Assembly (NCBI RefSeq): GCF_018350175.1
Contig: NC_058384.1
Coordinates: 68,076,001-68,140,000 of the forward strand
Direction: 5' to 3'
Length of the DNA stretch: 64,000 bases
DNA from: Felis catus
Taxonomy: Eukaryota
Numbering within the stretch: position 1 is the first letter of the stretch; the number at the start of each line of letters is the position of its first letter. Made by a program: the position numbers and the translations under genes. The notes beneath the pieces are model-generated. The model did not search any database. It was given only the letters and a program-made list of their open reading frames with translations, and was not told the origin of the DNA. This document shows positions 13,201 to 28,900 of the stretch, piece by piece.

Positions 13201-14266
13201 TGCTCCGGACCCGGGCTCCCTGCCCCCCCCCCCCCAGGGCGCCCCNNNNNNNNNNNNNNNNNNNNNNNNNNNNNNNNNNNNNNNNNNNNNNNNNNNNNNN
13301 NNNNNNNNNNNNNNNNNNNNNNNNNNNNNNNNNNNNNNNNNNNNNNNNNNNNNNNNNNNNNNNNNNNNNNNNNNNNNNNNNNNNNNNNNNNNNNNNNNNN
13401 NNNNNNNNNNNNNNNNNGCTCTGGCCGGGACACGTCGCTCTCTTACTTGGGGTGGGGTGGGAGGAGAGAGCGAGAGCTGGGAATGGAAAGCGGCGCCCCC
13501 CACCCCTTTGAATGGCAGCCCTCTGTCAGCGGCGCTGCCAGTAGCTTCCACGACTACACAGTAGCGACCCCCACCCGGTGGAGGGGCAGGTGCGCGGGCG
13601 CCTCCCGGTCACCCACCCTCGCTGTCGGGTTCTAGGGGCCTGGGCCGGCTTGGGAAGGGTGGCGGCGGGAGCGGCGCCTGGAGGAAGGGACGGGGGCCCA
13701 ATCGGTGTCGCCGGGACGTTGCGGCCGAGCCCCGCCACGGGAGAGGGAGCGCGGCTCCGGAGGCGCAGGAAACCGAATAGTCCAGCCGGTAACTTTCCCC
13801 CCAGCCGCGGCTCCTCCTGCGCTAACCCCCCGCCCCCCGTGCAACTGGCCCGGGTCCAGCCCACCGCGCCAGGGGGCGCGGGGGGGGGGGCGCCGTGTCC
13901 TAGTTAGAGTCCGTCAGCCTTTCCATTCCCTCAGCCCGCGCGGCTCGGGGGTCTCCCCTCGAGTCACCGGGGACACTGGGGGAGCGCTCGGCGCCGCCTC
14001 ACCCTGTCTCCATCCCGGAGCCGCCAGTCTGCCTGATCCCAGAAGTGCGGAGAAAGTTTCTGGGGACCCTCCGCCCACCTTTTCTCTCAGTTAAAATCAG
14101 TTCCAAAGCGTCGGGGTGCCGGGAAGGCGCAGGGAATGGGAGTGGTGGGAGTCTGGTCTGCATGCGTGTGCGTGGGGGGGTCCCACTTCCAGGACAGACG
14201 AAGGACACTGCAGTAGTCTCGCGTCTGGGGGACCCCGAGCCGGCGACAAAAATGGGGTACACTCAC

Positions 14267-15100
14267 CTCTCCGCCTTCGGGTCCGCGGGCCGGAACTGCT
14301 GAAGCACCGGGTGTGGAGAGAAGCGCGTCCCCCGCCGGGCCCGGGGGCTTGGGGCCCTGCGCCGGTCCTGGTCAGAAGGCCGCGGTCAGTCGCTCGCCGC
14401 TCTCTGCTGGGGGGCTCCTCCTCCGCAGTCCTCGGCCTCCTCCTGCCGCCCGCCCCCCCCNNNNNNNNNNNNNNNNNNNNNNNNNNNNNNNNNNNNNNNN
14501 NNNNNNNNNNNNNNNNNNNNNNNNNNNNNNNNNNNNNNNNNNNNNNNNNNNNNNNNNNNNNNNNNNNNNNNNNNNNNNNNNNNNNNNNNNNNNNNNNNNN
14601 NNNNNNNNNNNNNNNNNNNNNNNNNNNNNNNNNNNNNNNNNNNNNNNNNNNNNNNNNNNNNNNNNNNNNNNNNNNNNNNNNCCTCCGCCCAATAAGGATA
14701 TAAACTTCAACCCCTCGGTCCAGCCAGTCCCCGCAGGGCGCAGATGGGTCCCTCCCTCCCTTTTCACTCCCTTCCTCCAAGCTTTTACTTCGCTCTCCGA
14801 GCCTGGCCCACCCTCCTCTTTTTCCCTCCTTCTTTCCTTCGGTCTCTCTCTCCCTCCACCTGCCGCGATCCCTCTCCCCCTCCCTCTCCCGCTTTCTCCT
14901 CTAGCCCCTATCTCTCCCAGTCCACCTTAACTCGAGCTCCGCCCCCGACCCCCATCCAGCCCTCCGCCGCTGCTCCGCCCCACCCCCTGCACTCCACCGC
15001 CCAGTCCGCCCATTGGCCTGGGCTCCCGCCCATCTCAAGTGGGTCCCGCCTTGCGTTCCGCCAGGGAGGGGGCGGAGTCGAGGGGGCCGGCCTGAAACCT
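14267..15100 (-). promoter_or_regulatory. Probable ZBTB7B distal promoter (P1), CpG island and non-coding exon Ia
   Basis: Canonical donor AG|GTGAGT with exon end at 14267, inside a CpG island about 11.3 kb upstream of coding exon 2. A GC box and CCAAT lie near 14683-14694. The TSS is probably in or near N-gap 14461-14681. Confidence 0.6.
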
Positions 15101-17489
15101 GGAGGAGGGAAAGGGGGAGGGGGCAGTGTCCGCAGTGGCCCGGGAACCGAGCGCCCCCATCGAGGGCTCTCACAGTCCGTGAGGGGCTCTTGTGCGGTCA
15201 CCTCCTCGGGAGGGAAGGGTAGGAGAGGTTAGAGACAGGCTAGGTGGGGGTGAGGCGGGGACTTCCAGGACCGAAGGAGGGGGTCCCGAGAGGGGCTATA
15301 ATCAGGTCAGTGCCCCGGGAGGTAGGGGGAGGGGAGCCACCAGGCCACCAGCTTCAGCTCCTACGCCCCACCCCGCCTCCGAGGGAGCGGGGGAGTGGAG
15401 GCTGCGGGCACCCTGCCTCCCTCCCCACGCGTGACGGCGCCCCGCGGGGAGGGAGCGGCGCCCTGGGCAAGCGGCCTCTGCGCTCCAGCCGGTGCCCGCT
15501 GCGGCCTTGGCATTGTCAGAGGGGAGGGGCCGGGGCCGCAGCGGGGGAGGGGGGGGCGGCGCGCTCTCGCTCCTGCACCCCGCCTCCATCCCGCCTGCTC
15601 CCTAAGTGGAGAAACTGAGTCTCTGCGAAGGAGGGACCCTCTCGACAGGGACTCGCTCGGAGACCCAGGTGGCGAGGGGAGCCTGGGTGTTTCAGGATGT
15701 GTATGTGGGTTCGGGGGGGTGGGGGCAGAATGCGTACTTCAGCGCCCCCACAACTGAGGAAGGTGGCCGGTGGGGACGCTTCCAGCTGGGCCTGCAGCGC
15801 TGCGTCCCCCAGAGAGCCCCTCCCACTAGTGTAAAACGGAATCCAGTCCGGCCACGGGAGCCGGGTTCCGCCTCCCGCGGCCGGCCGGGCCGAACCGGGT
15901 CGGACTCGCCGCCTCCGCCCCANNNNNNNNNNNNNNNNNNNNNNNNNNNNNNNNNNNNNNNNNNNNNNNNNNNNNNNNNNNNNNNNNNNNNNNNNNNNNN
16001 NNNNNNNNNNNNNNNNNNNNNNNNNNNNNNNNNNNNNNNNNNNNNNNNNNNNNNNNNNNNNNGGGCGGAGTCCGGGTCCCGCCCTCCCTCCTCTCCGGCC
16101 GTGACTCAGCCTCGGGGCCGCTGCCCTGCGCCCCAGCCAGGGGCGGAAAGTGTGAGGCGCCCCTGAGGGCCCAGGCCAAACCAAACAGCCCCCCACCTCA
16201 GACATTATCTCACTGGAGAATTAGGGGGGCTATAGGAAGGAGGGGGTGGCAGCAGGCTTGGGGCGCTCCCGCTCGCTCGATCCGCTCCGGGTTTTCCTAT
16301 CCGCCCCGTCCCCCTTGGGCCCCGAGGCGGGTCACTGCTCCGGGTTTTCTTCTCGGCCCCGCCGGACAGATTCTAGTCGGTGAGTGCCCCGGAGTCGGTG
16401 GGGTCCAGGCAAGGTTTTTCCCTCCCTTCTCCAGCCGTCGGGGTCGCGCCAGACTGGGGAAGAGCCGCGCCTGGGGCTGGGGGCAGGACGGCAAGGCCAG
16501 AAGGACGTGTGAAACGGAAGGGGGCTGCATGGCCCCGGGGAAGAAGTGCAGGAAAGCGGTTCTGGGAGGGCAGAGCCTGGGCCTCCAGAGGCAGTAGGAG
16601 GGCGGGCGCCCTGGCACCAGCCCTTAGGTACAAAGAGACGAAAGGCGCCCAGTGCCTCGGGCCCGCCCCGTCCCCCAACTCTGGGGGTCGCCTCCTGAGC
16701 CTTGCTGGACCCAGCCTGAATCTGTGGGCACCCGGAATGCCATTCTCCAGTCTCGACAGCCCCGGAGCCTCCTGCTTGTTCCTCAGTGACCCTCCCCACC
16801 CCCCAACCACCACCACGTTTCTCTTCTGGTCCATACAGCTTCCTTCCTGGCTCAGAAGTCGGAGGGGGGAACCCCGACTTGAAATTCCCGCCTCCCCTCT
16901 AACTCCTGGCCCTCACCGCGCCAAACCACTGAGTTGCGGCAGCCGAGAAACGCTGACTGCTGACTGGGGGCTGCTCCCCTCCCACGAAACTCCCGGCTGG
17001 GCCCCAGGGCCCCGCTGCCACCCCCGCCCCGCCGCCAGCGCCGGACTGGCACCGGGAACCCGAGGGCAGGTGTGCGGCCTGCAGGGGACCTCCTGGAGAG
17101 ACGGGGGCCGGGGCGGGGGGCGGGGGCATCCCAGATCCGCACGTACAGACTTAAATCTCAGGCGACCAGCTAGACCTTAGTTTAGAGGAGAAAGTGGCAG
17201 GAGTTAATCCCTCCTCAGGAGGACTGTGTACCTGGGGCTGGGGACAGCGATTCTGAGTGACAGCCAGGTGCCCGGACTGGCTGGGCCACGTGCGCTCGGG
17301 GGCAGCTGCGGGAGAGTTAGATGCTTGCCGCGCGTGGAGGGAGAGGGCTTCTGGCGGAAGAAAGGCACGGCTCTGTGTGGGCGGGGTCCTGAATGAGTGG
17401 GTCTGGGGGCCTGTTTTGGAAGGGGTGGGGGGCTGAGCTGGAAGCGGAGCGACAGCCTGCGCCGGGCGCCCACCTCTTCCCCGCCCTCC

Positions 17490-17670
17490 CCCCCTTCCCC
17501 GGGCTGCCCCCGCTTCCCTCGAAAAACCCGCCGCCCAGGAAACCGCTGGGGGCGCACAGACCGCAGCCCCCCCCCGCCCGCCGCCCCCCGGCGCCCCCAC
17601 CGCGACCGCCCAACCCACCTGAAGGGGCCGTGGCTGCCAGGGTTGCCCCCTCCCGCCGACTCCCCCCACA
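17490..17670. promoter_or_regulatory. Probable ThPOK silencer (RUNX-dependent)
   Basis: About 3.1 kb upstream of exon Ia, matching the known silencer position. RUNX-type ACCGCA at 17560-17565 and GGAAACCGCT (NFAT/ETS plus RUNX-like) at 17538-17547. The sequence resembles the mouse silencer core as recalled. Confidence 0.7.
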
Positions 17671-18470
17671 CCTGCGGGCGCACTATTTATAACCCGGCGC
17701 CTATTCCGGGCCTCTGGGCGGGAGCCGGCTGCGCCTCGGCGCTAATCGTCTCCGGGATCTCTGCGCCCCCCAGGGCCGGGGGGGATAAATTTAGCCTCAG
17801 GAAGCTCGGGGAACATTTTCCAAAACTCCACGTCCCGGAGAAGGCGAAACAGAACCCCTCTGCCCTCAGCCTCCCTCCGGCCAACCGGCAGGCGGCGCAG
17901 GTGTCTCGGCCGCTCGTACCCAGCTGGGATCGGGTGGTGGGTGGCGGCCGAGAAGCTGGCACAGGTGAAGGACGGAAGGTCCTGGGGGCGGCGGCTAGAG
18001 GGGCCGGAGAACGGCCAAAGGCCGGAGTAAAAAGTCTCGGCTGGCAGTGACTGAGAAAGGGGTTGGGGACTCCTGCCTTTCGAAGGGGAAATAACTCCTG
18101 TGCAAACGAGATGCAAGTAGGGACGCCGGGGATCGGGAAGATCGTGGTGGCCTTGGGGGTCCACGCCCCGGCGTGGGGGCAGCGACTGCCACACCCCTCT
18201 TCCCGCGCGCTTCTGAGCCTTGCTGCGAGAACTCAGGACCCCACCAAGATCTTTACTAAAATAGCCAGATGAGTGCGGGCGGCTCCTCCGACCACTTCGC
18301 CAGGACCCCTCTCCTCCACCTGCCTCTCGCACACCATGGAGGGTCTTCTCTCGAGGTGATCGGCTAGGAATCCTGGGTAGAATCCTTCTAGTGCTGCAGC
18401 ATCTGGGGGTCGCTTCCAGCTTTGCCGAGGCTTCTTCCCGGTTTTACCCCGCCCCTTCCCCTTCCCCTTG

Positions 18471-18487
18471 TGGCCACTAGAGGGCCC
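18471..18487 (+). promoter_or_regulatory. CTCF-like motif upstream of the ThPOK silencer
   Basis: TGGCCACTAGAGGGCCC matches the CTCF core consensus CCASYAGRKGGC. Confidence 0.55.
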
Positions 18488-19432
18488 CTGGGCGCCCAGG
18501 GGCAAATGAGCTAGCTCTTCCCCAGCCCTCGTATTCTTGGCACTCAGCTCCCCTCTTCCGCCATCTTCCGCCCTCCAATGAGCCCCGAGCGGAGTCTGGA
18601 CCCTCCAAACGTGAGCTTCTCCCAGCTGGGAAGAGGACGTTGCAGGGAAGCGGCCGCATCTTTTTCCCTTGGAGAGCACTGGGGAGGTGTAGGCTGGAAC
18701 CGGGTCCTGGCCTGTGTGGTCTAGATGAAAAAGACGTATCTGGGACCCCCAAAGGAGCAGGCGGAGCAAGAGGAAGGCCAGCTGAGAGTGGAGGTGTGGG
18801 GAGGAGGTGGAGTGGGTGCAGAATGGGAGCGGGAGTCCTTCCCACACCTTTGCACGCTTGGCCCCGCCCCCAGGCCACCAGGCCACCACCTGAAGTGCAA
18901 TATCAGAAGAGGAAGTCTGGCTGGCCCAGAGGAGCCCCAAATATGAGACGAGAAAATCGGGGTTCGCCAGCTGACTACCGCACTGCAGTGTACTGTGGGT
19001 TGGGCCTTCAGTGGGTCACGTCACCTCTCTTGGCCTGTTTCTTTCAAGCTAACCTGGGATAGTTGCCCTTGTCCAGCCTACTTTTCAAGCGGGCTTGTGT
19101 AAGTGTCCAACACTGTAGTGTGGCAAGGGTTCTCAGAACGGCATACACGGTTTTTCTTATCCTCCCCGCTCCTCCCCCCATACTTTCCACTCTCAGGGCT
19201 CTCTTGAGGGCTGACACTCCTCTTGGACCACCCGCAGTCTCTCCTCTTCTCCCTCCGTCAACTTCCTGGGCCCTGCCTTCCGACACCTACCGCTTCCCTG
19301 GTGGCCTTCGCCAGACATCCCCTCGGCTGTCGAGGGCGCTTGTGCTCAGAACTCTGACTCTAGGATCCAGCCCGAGGCCCTGTCCCTGCTCAGTGGCTCA
19401 GTGGGAGTGGGGTCCGAGAAAGGAAAGGGAGA

Positions 19433-19648
19433 GGGGCGCCTGGGAGGCTCAATCAGTTAAATGTCCCAATTCGGCTCAGGTCATGACCTCAGGGTTCGTG
19501 AGTTGGAGCCCGGTGGGGGGGGGGGGAGGGGGGGGCTCTGGGCTGACAGCTCCGAGTCTGGATTCTGCTTCCGATTCTTTGTCTCCCTCTCTGTCTGCCC
19601 CTCCCCTGCTCACACTCTATCTCTCTAAAAGTAAATAAACATGAAAAA
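19433..19648 (+). mobile_element. Can-SINE (SINEC_Fc-like)
   Basis: GGGGCGCCTGGG..GCTCA head, tRNA-derived body (GGTCATGACCTC...GTTCGTGAGTT), CT-rich tract and AATAAA/A-tail. Confidence 0.9.
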
Positions 19649-19687
19649 CAGTTTTTTCCCCTCCTAAATATAAAAGTCAAACATGCT

Positions 19688-19920
19688 GGGGACGCCAGCA
19701 TGGCTCAGTGGATTAAGCGTCCGACTTCGGTTCAGGTCCTGATCTCACGAATCACGAGTTCGATACCCGCCTGGGGCCCTGTGCTGACAGCTCGGAGCCT
19801 GGAGCCTGTTTTGGCTTCTGTGTCTCCTTCTCCCTCTTTGCCCCTCCCCTGCTCATGCTCTCTCTCTATCTCAAAAATAAGTAAACAAGCAAACAAAAAA
19901 ATTAGAAAAAAAAAAAAAAA
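19688..19920 (+). mobile_element. Can-SINE (SINEC_Fc-like)
   Basis: TGGCTCAGTGGATTAAGCGTCCGACTTCGG head, GACAGCTCGGAGCCTGGAGCCTG body, CT tract and long A-tail. Confidence 0.9.
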
Positions 19921-20353
19921 GGCAAAGGGAGGCAGAAGGCCAGAGCTCGAGTCAGGGACGGGCCGACCAAGCAGGGGTGCGGGCTGTGAGGGGAGGCAGG
20001 AGCCCCACACTTGTGTGGAAAGGTGAATTCTGTGTCCTCCACCGCTAACCTCTCTCTGGTTGGATTCAAGCTCTTACCTCTTCCTACTGCTGTGTCCTGG
20101 GGTAGGTGGGCTCTGAAGGGACCCGGCGAGAAGGCTGACCTACCTGCATTTTGTGCAGGCCTGAAGGTCGCCAAGCTACCCGGATAAAGACTACCTTGAG
20201 CGGGAGTACTATGGAGAATCACGCTGCCGCAGGAAAGAGGGAGCAGGCTCCGTGTGTGCCCCTGCGGAGTCCCTGCCTCGTCGGAGGGGAAAAACCAGGG
20301 GGCAGCGCCGTGTGGAGACCACGTTAGCAACTCCGAGAATTCCTCCGGGCTCA

Positions 20354-20476
20354 GGGGGCCCGGCTGGCTCCATCCGCAGAGTGCGTGATTCTCAGTCTCG
20401 GGGTTGTGAGTTCGAGCCCCATGTTGGGGCCGGATATTACTGAAAAATAGAAAAACTCTTAAAAAAAAAAAAAAAA
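20354..20476 (+). mobile_element. Older short tRNA-derived carnivore SINE
   Basis: GGGG..CGGCTGGCTC head, B-box GGTTGTGAGTTCGAGCCCC and poly(A) tail. Confidence 0.8.
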
Positions 20477-20599
20477 GGAATGTGTATGCGCGCAGGCCAG
20501 CCCTTGTCTCCACTGCTCTCGCTATTAAGCCTGCCCTGAGCCACTGGCACGACACGACCTGCCTCACACCCACCCCAGCTCATAGCCCGCATCTTCTAA

Positions 20600-20765
20600 T
20601 CACAGCTGTGTCCCTATTGTTTTGTTTACATTTTATTTCCTATCTCTGCCCACTGGAACCGAAGCTCCGTGAGTCCTGGGGCCTGTTTTGCTTACCGCAG
20701 TGGTGCCGGGAGCACGGGGATTGGCACACAGCGGGAGCTCCCTAACATTTGTTGCACGAATGAGG
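20600..20765 (+). mobile_element. Ancient L2 3'-end fragment
   Basis: AAGCTCCGTGAG...TGGCACACAGCGGGAGCTC...ACATTTGTTG..CGAATGA resembles the L2 3' terminus. Confidence 0.55.
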
Positions 20766-21548
20766 GAAGAGGAGGGCGGGGCGCGTGCAGCACTCTCTCC
20801 CGAATGCCCTCCCAGGGGCTGCTGAATCTGAGCCACCCCAGCGGGGAGAGTGGTCGTGGGGGGGGAGGGTCACTTCTCACCAGAACTGCTTACTCTAGGT
20901 ATGGGTCACCTTTACCAAGAGAGACAAAACACACCCAGAGGAAGTCTGGGAAAAGCTGGTCCCTGGGGTGAGGAGAGAGTCCCACACACCATCTCCAGGC
21001 TTGTGCTCCAGGACGGAAGGGAGGGGACAACAACTGGCCCCAAGAGGCTCTGCGGTTGTGGGGGGCTGAGTGGGCGTGTCGGAAGTGTGAGCGAGATGGT
21101 GTCAGTGGCTGACGCGTGCCCACTGCTGGGCGTGATTCAGGGGCAGCGTGTGTTTCGGCTGCCGAGGGGAAGAGAGGGAGCGGTGCTCATTCTGGCTGTT
21201 TGTGCTTGTGCACGGTGACAAGCCTGAGGAACCTGTGTGGCCACCCGGGTGCCTTTCTCTTGTGGCCTCATGTGTGACCAGGGGGAGCAGGGCCCGACTT
21301 CCCGTGAGCTTGGGGCTTGCGAGGGCCCAGGGCTTCTCCCAAGATCCTCAAGGCAGGGAGCCGGCCAGGCCACGTCTTCTATTTGAGTTACTGGCTTAAG
21401 GCGCGGGACCCCACCCAAGCCGGACCCCTCCCTACCCACCGGTTGGGAGGAACCTGGGCTTTCCACCCTCCACCCTCCCCAACCAGTGAGTCGGAAAACC
21501 TGGTTTTCGGTGTGGGTTGTATCCAGGACAACCTCCTTCCCTCCCTTC

Positions 21549-21737
21549 TTTAAAAATGATTTTTTTGTAATGTTTATTTTTGAGGGGGGGGGGGCAGAGT
21601 GTGAGTGGGGGAGGGGCAGCAGAATCCAAAGCCAGCTCCCAGCTGTTAGCACAGAGCCTGACGAGGGTCTCGCACCCATGAACCGCAAGATCATGACCTG
21701 AGTCGGCCGCTCCACCGACCAGGCCGCCCCGGCGCCC
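21549..21737 (-). mobile_element. Can-SINE (SINEC_Fc-like)
   Basis: T-rich tail ATGTTTATTTTTGAG, then AGCTGTTAGCACAGAGCC and AAGATCATGACCTGAG, ending in GGCGCCC. Confidence 0.85.
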
Positions 21738-21994
21738 ATCTCCTTCCCTCCCTGGTCTGAACGCTGGCTCTGGCTCCAAGACCCTTTCAGTGCTGAGTTG
21801 TTTGGAGTCTCTTTTAGACATTTAGCACGTTTGGCCTCAAGGCCTATTTATTTTATATAGAACATCTATATCCTTATTTTTTGTTTACATCTTATTTCCT
21901 GCCTCTGCCCAGCAGAACGTAAGCTCTGTGAGTACAGGGGCCTGTTTTGTTCACTGATGTGTTCAGAGCACCAGGATTGGCACACAGCAGATGG

Positions 21995-22066
21995 TATATG
22001 TATATACATACATACATATATATATATATACATATACATTTATGCACACACATGCATGCACACACA
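21995..22066. repeat. (TA)n/(CA)n microsatellite
   Basis: tatatgtatatatacatacatacatatatatatatatacatatac...cacacac. Confidence 0.85.
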
Positions 22067-22558
22067 GTTTAGTGGTCCTTAGCCCATTCCTGGCACTGAG
22101 TACAGAAAAATCAACCATCTAGGCCGGTGGGCTCATGGTGCGGGTCCCGCGGCAGTCTTATCTGGGTCCCGGCCAGCAACCAGGCAGCTCCCGTGTACCT
22201 GCACCGGAGGTCCAGCAGAGGTGCGGGCGGGAACGGAGGCTGGCACATGGCACAAACTCGAAGCAGGGTCCACACTTCCCCCGGTTGTTTGTGGCCCATC
22301 GTCGGTCAAGCACAGCTGGCCTGGAGGTGGGGGCCGGGGCTGGGGGGTGCTCGATGGGGGCTGGGCCCGGTGCTGGAGGAGAGAATAGGAAGCTGGGAGG
22401 CAGGCTCTGTCACAGAAGCTGTGGCCCTGCGCCTGGGTCTGGGACCCTGCCCACCCACCTGAGTGGTGCAGGGCGCGGGGGCGGGAGGGGAAGGGGTGGA
22501 TCCAGGCCCACCTGAGCGGTGCAGGGGCGGGGCGGGGCGGGGGGGCTGTCCCGGGGCA

Positions 22559-22744
22559 TCAATCCAGCAGTTCCTTGATGCACCAGCAGCAGAGGAGGAT
22601 GTAGGCAACTTCCTTCAGGGTCTGCTGCAGGCCCTCCCATCCTGTGCCCGTCTTCATGACCGGCACCTGGAACCCAGTGCCCCACAGGGCCCTTCTGAAG
22701 GAGAAAGGCAGGGCCTGGGCGAGGGGCTGTGTCCGGGGCTGCAT
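22559..22744 (-). CDS. LENEP: Lens epithelial protein LEP503, 61 aa, single coding exon
   Basis: MQPRTQPLAQALPFSFRRALWGTGFQVPVMKTGTGWEGLQQTLKEVAYILLCCWCIKELLD closely matches human LENEP as recalled. It sits in the syntenic position between FLAD1 and ZBTB7B. Confidence 0.93.
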   Translation of the reverse strand: MQPRTQPLAQALPFSFRRALWGTGFQVPVMKTGTGWEGLQQTLKEVAYILLCCWCIKELLD

Positions 22745-22779
22745 ATGGGCTGCAGCTCTGAGGTGCACAGAGCTGCCTC

Positions 22780-22900
22780 CCGGGCCTTTTATCAGCAGCG
22801 TCCCCACCCCCTCAGACCTCATGACTATAGGGACAAAGGCCCCGGGGTCTAGCACAGGGAAGGTTCTGGGCCCAAGAATGGGCTGAGTCAGCCTCCAATG
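22780..22900 (-). promoter_or_regulatory. LENEP promoter: TATA-like GATAAAA, palindromic MARE/AP-1-like site and CCAAT
   Basis: The minus strand reads TGCTGATAAAAGG about 45 nt upstream of the ATG. GGCTGAGTCAGCC at 22881-22893; CCAAT at 22895-22899. Confidence 0.5.
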
Positions 22901-23263
22901 GGCAGGGGTGGAGGCTGGGTTGGGGCAGGGGGGGTGGGCCGGCCACCCCGTCTTCTGTCCTCCGCAGCCAGGCCAGCCCAGCTTCCCTTCTCCCAGCCTG
23001 GCTCTCCAAACCTCGGCGTCCTGCCCGGGGTGCCTCTCCCCCAGGGGCTGGCGTGGCTCCTGACCCTGCCCTCCGGTGGGCTCCTGCCGAGTGTTCTGTG
23101 TACGTCCCCCCAGCACGTCCCCCGGTTGCCCCCCCACCGCCCCTGTTCCTCAGAGGGAGCACTGCCAGCTGGGAACTGGCAGAGCCCGGCCCACGTCTGC
23201 TTCTCCCGTCCCGTCCCCTGGAGCAGGAAGACACAGGCAGAGCAGCAGGCACGCAAGAGGCGG

Positions 23264-23269
23264 TTTATT
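23264..23269 (-). terminator. FLAD1 polyadenylation signal AATAAA
   Basis: TTTATT on the plus strand about 45 nt downstream of the FLAD1 stop. Confidence 0.8.
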
Positions 23270-23312
23270 GACAGGGGACACCCCAGGGCGGCCTCCCTCT
23301 GGCTGCTCGGGG

Positions 23313-28019
<4,707 letters not shown>

Positions 28020-28349
28020 GGTCCTGCCTTCTCTGCCCCTCTGCAAGGCCCTCCAGTAGCCACCCAGGGCCCCAAATAGGGGTCGAAAGCACGGGAGTCG
28101 CGCCAGGTCTACAGGGCACTGGGGGCCATAGCCTGGGAACAGGGGGGTCCGGGGTCAAGGGAACCTGGAGGAGCCAGAAAGGACATTGGGGGAGAGCAGG
28201 AGTGCATGTTCTTTTTTCCTTAGAGGGAGACCTCGCCGGGCCCTTGACAAGCGACTCCTTTATCCCTGCCTTCAACGGACGTGTTCTCACCCCATCCCAG
28301 CCTCTTCACAAGCTTGGCTCTGGTCTCCTTAAAGCGTCCTGCTCTCCCG

Positions 28350-28900
28350 AGCACCTACCACTTTACGTAGGTCTCCTGCGCGCCGAGCTCGGCCCCCCCT
28401 GGCCGGCGACAGCCCGGCAGCCTGCACCTTTAAATATCTCTCCTCTTTGGGGACCGGTCCCTTTAAGCGTCTCGACCCCCCCCCCCCCCCCCCCCGCCTT
28501 TAAACGCGGCCCCTCCCTCCGCCGCGGGCCGAGCTCAGGCGCCGGGCCCGCCGGGGCCCGCACCCTTTCTGGCCTGCAGTCTCCGTCCCCGCCACCCCGC
28601 CCCCGCCCGCCCAGCTGCCCCGGGTCCCCACCTGCCTTCCCGGCCGGCGCCCTCCGCTCCCGCACGGCCCCGGGCGGCTTCCGCACGCAACGTCCCGCCT
28701 TGGATCGCGCCTGCCACGTCAGTTGGCCATCTCGGCTGTCGCTCAGACTGCCTCCAAGGGCCCACGGGTGCAGGCGGCCGTCGCTCGCCAGCCCCAGCCC
28801 GGGGGCGGGAGCAGCGCGGGGTTGTTATGGGCGACAAGCACGTGGTCACCCTCACCCGGAACTGCGGGGGCGGGGCCGACGGGGGGGGGGACCTCGGCTG
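28350..28900 (-). promoter_or_regulatory. FLAD1 CpG-island promoter and 5' non-coding exon region
   Basis: CpG-dense, with GC boxes, TGACGTGG on the minus strand at 28714-28721 and a CACGTG E-box near 28849. Candidate donor TG|GTAGGT near 28358 and acceptor CTCCAG|GTT near 28165. Confidence 0.65.

Noticed and set aside
80-19600. Many 100-380 aa Pro/Gly/Arg-rich ORFs in ZBTB7B introns and antisense to its exons (e.g. 6073-7209, 2282-2953, 16380-17180)
   Set aside because: Expected from stop-codon scarcity in very GC-rich DNA. They have no recognisable domains, many start at non-ATG codons and several run through N-gaps.
19433-20476. tRNA genes suggested by A/B-box-like sequences
   Set aside because: They are tRNA-derived SINE heads with CT tracts or poly(A) tails and no complete cloverleaf.
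22745-23137. Open extension of about 130 codons upstream of the LENEP ATG
   Set aside because: It starts at a GTG and crosses the putative TATA/MARE promoter. Similarity to LENEP begins only at MQPRTQ.
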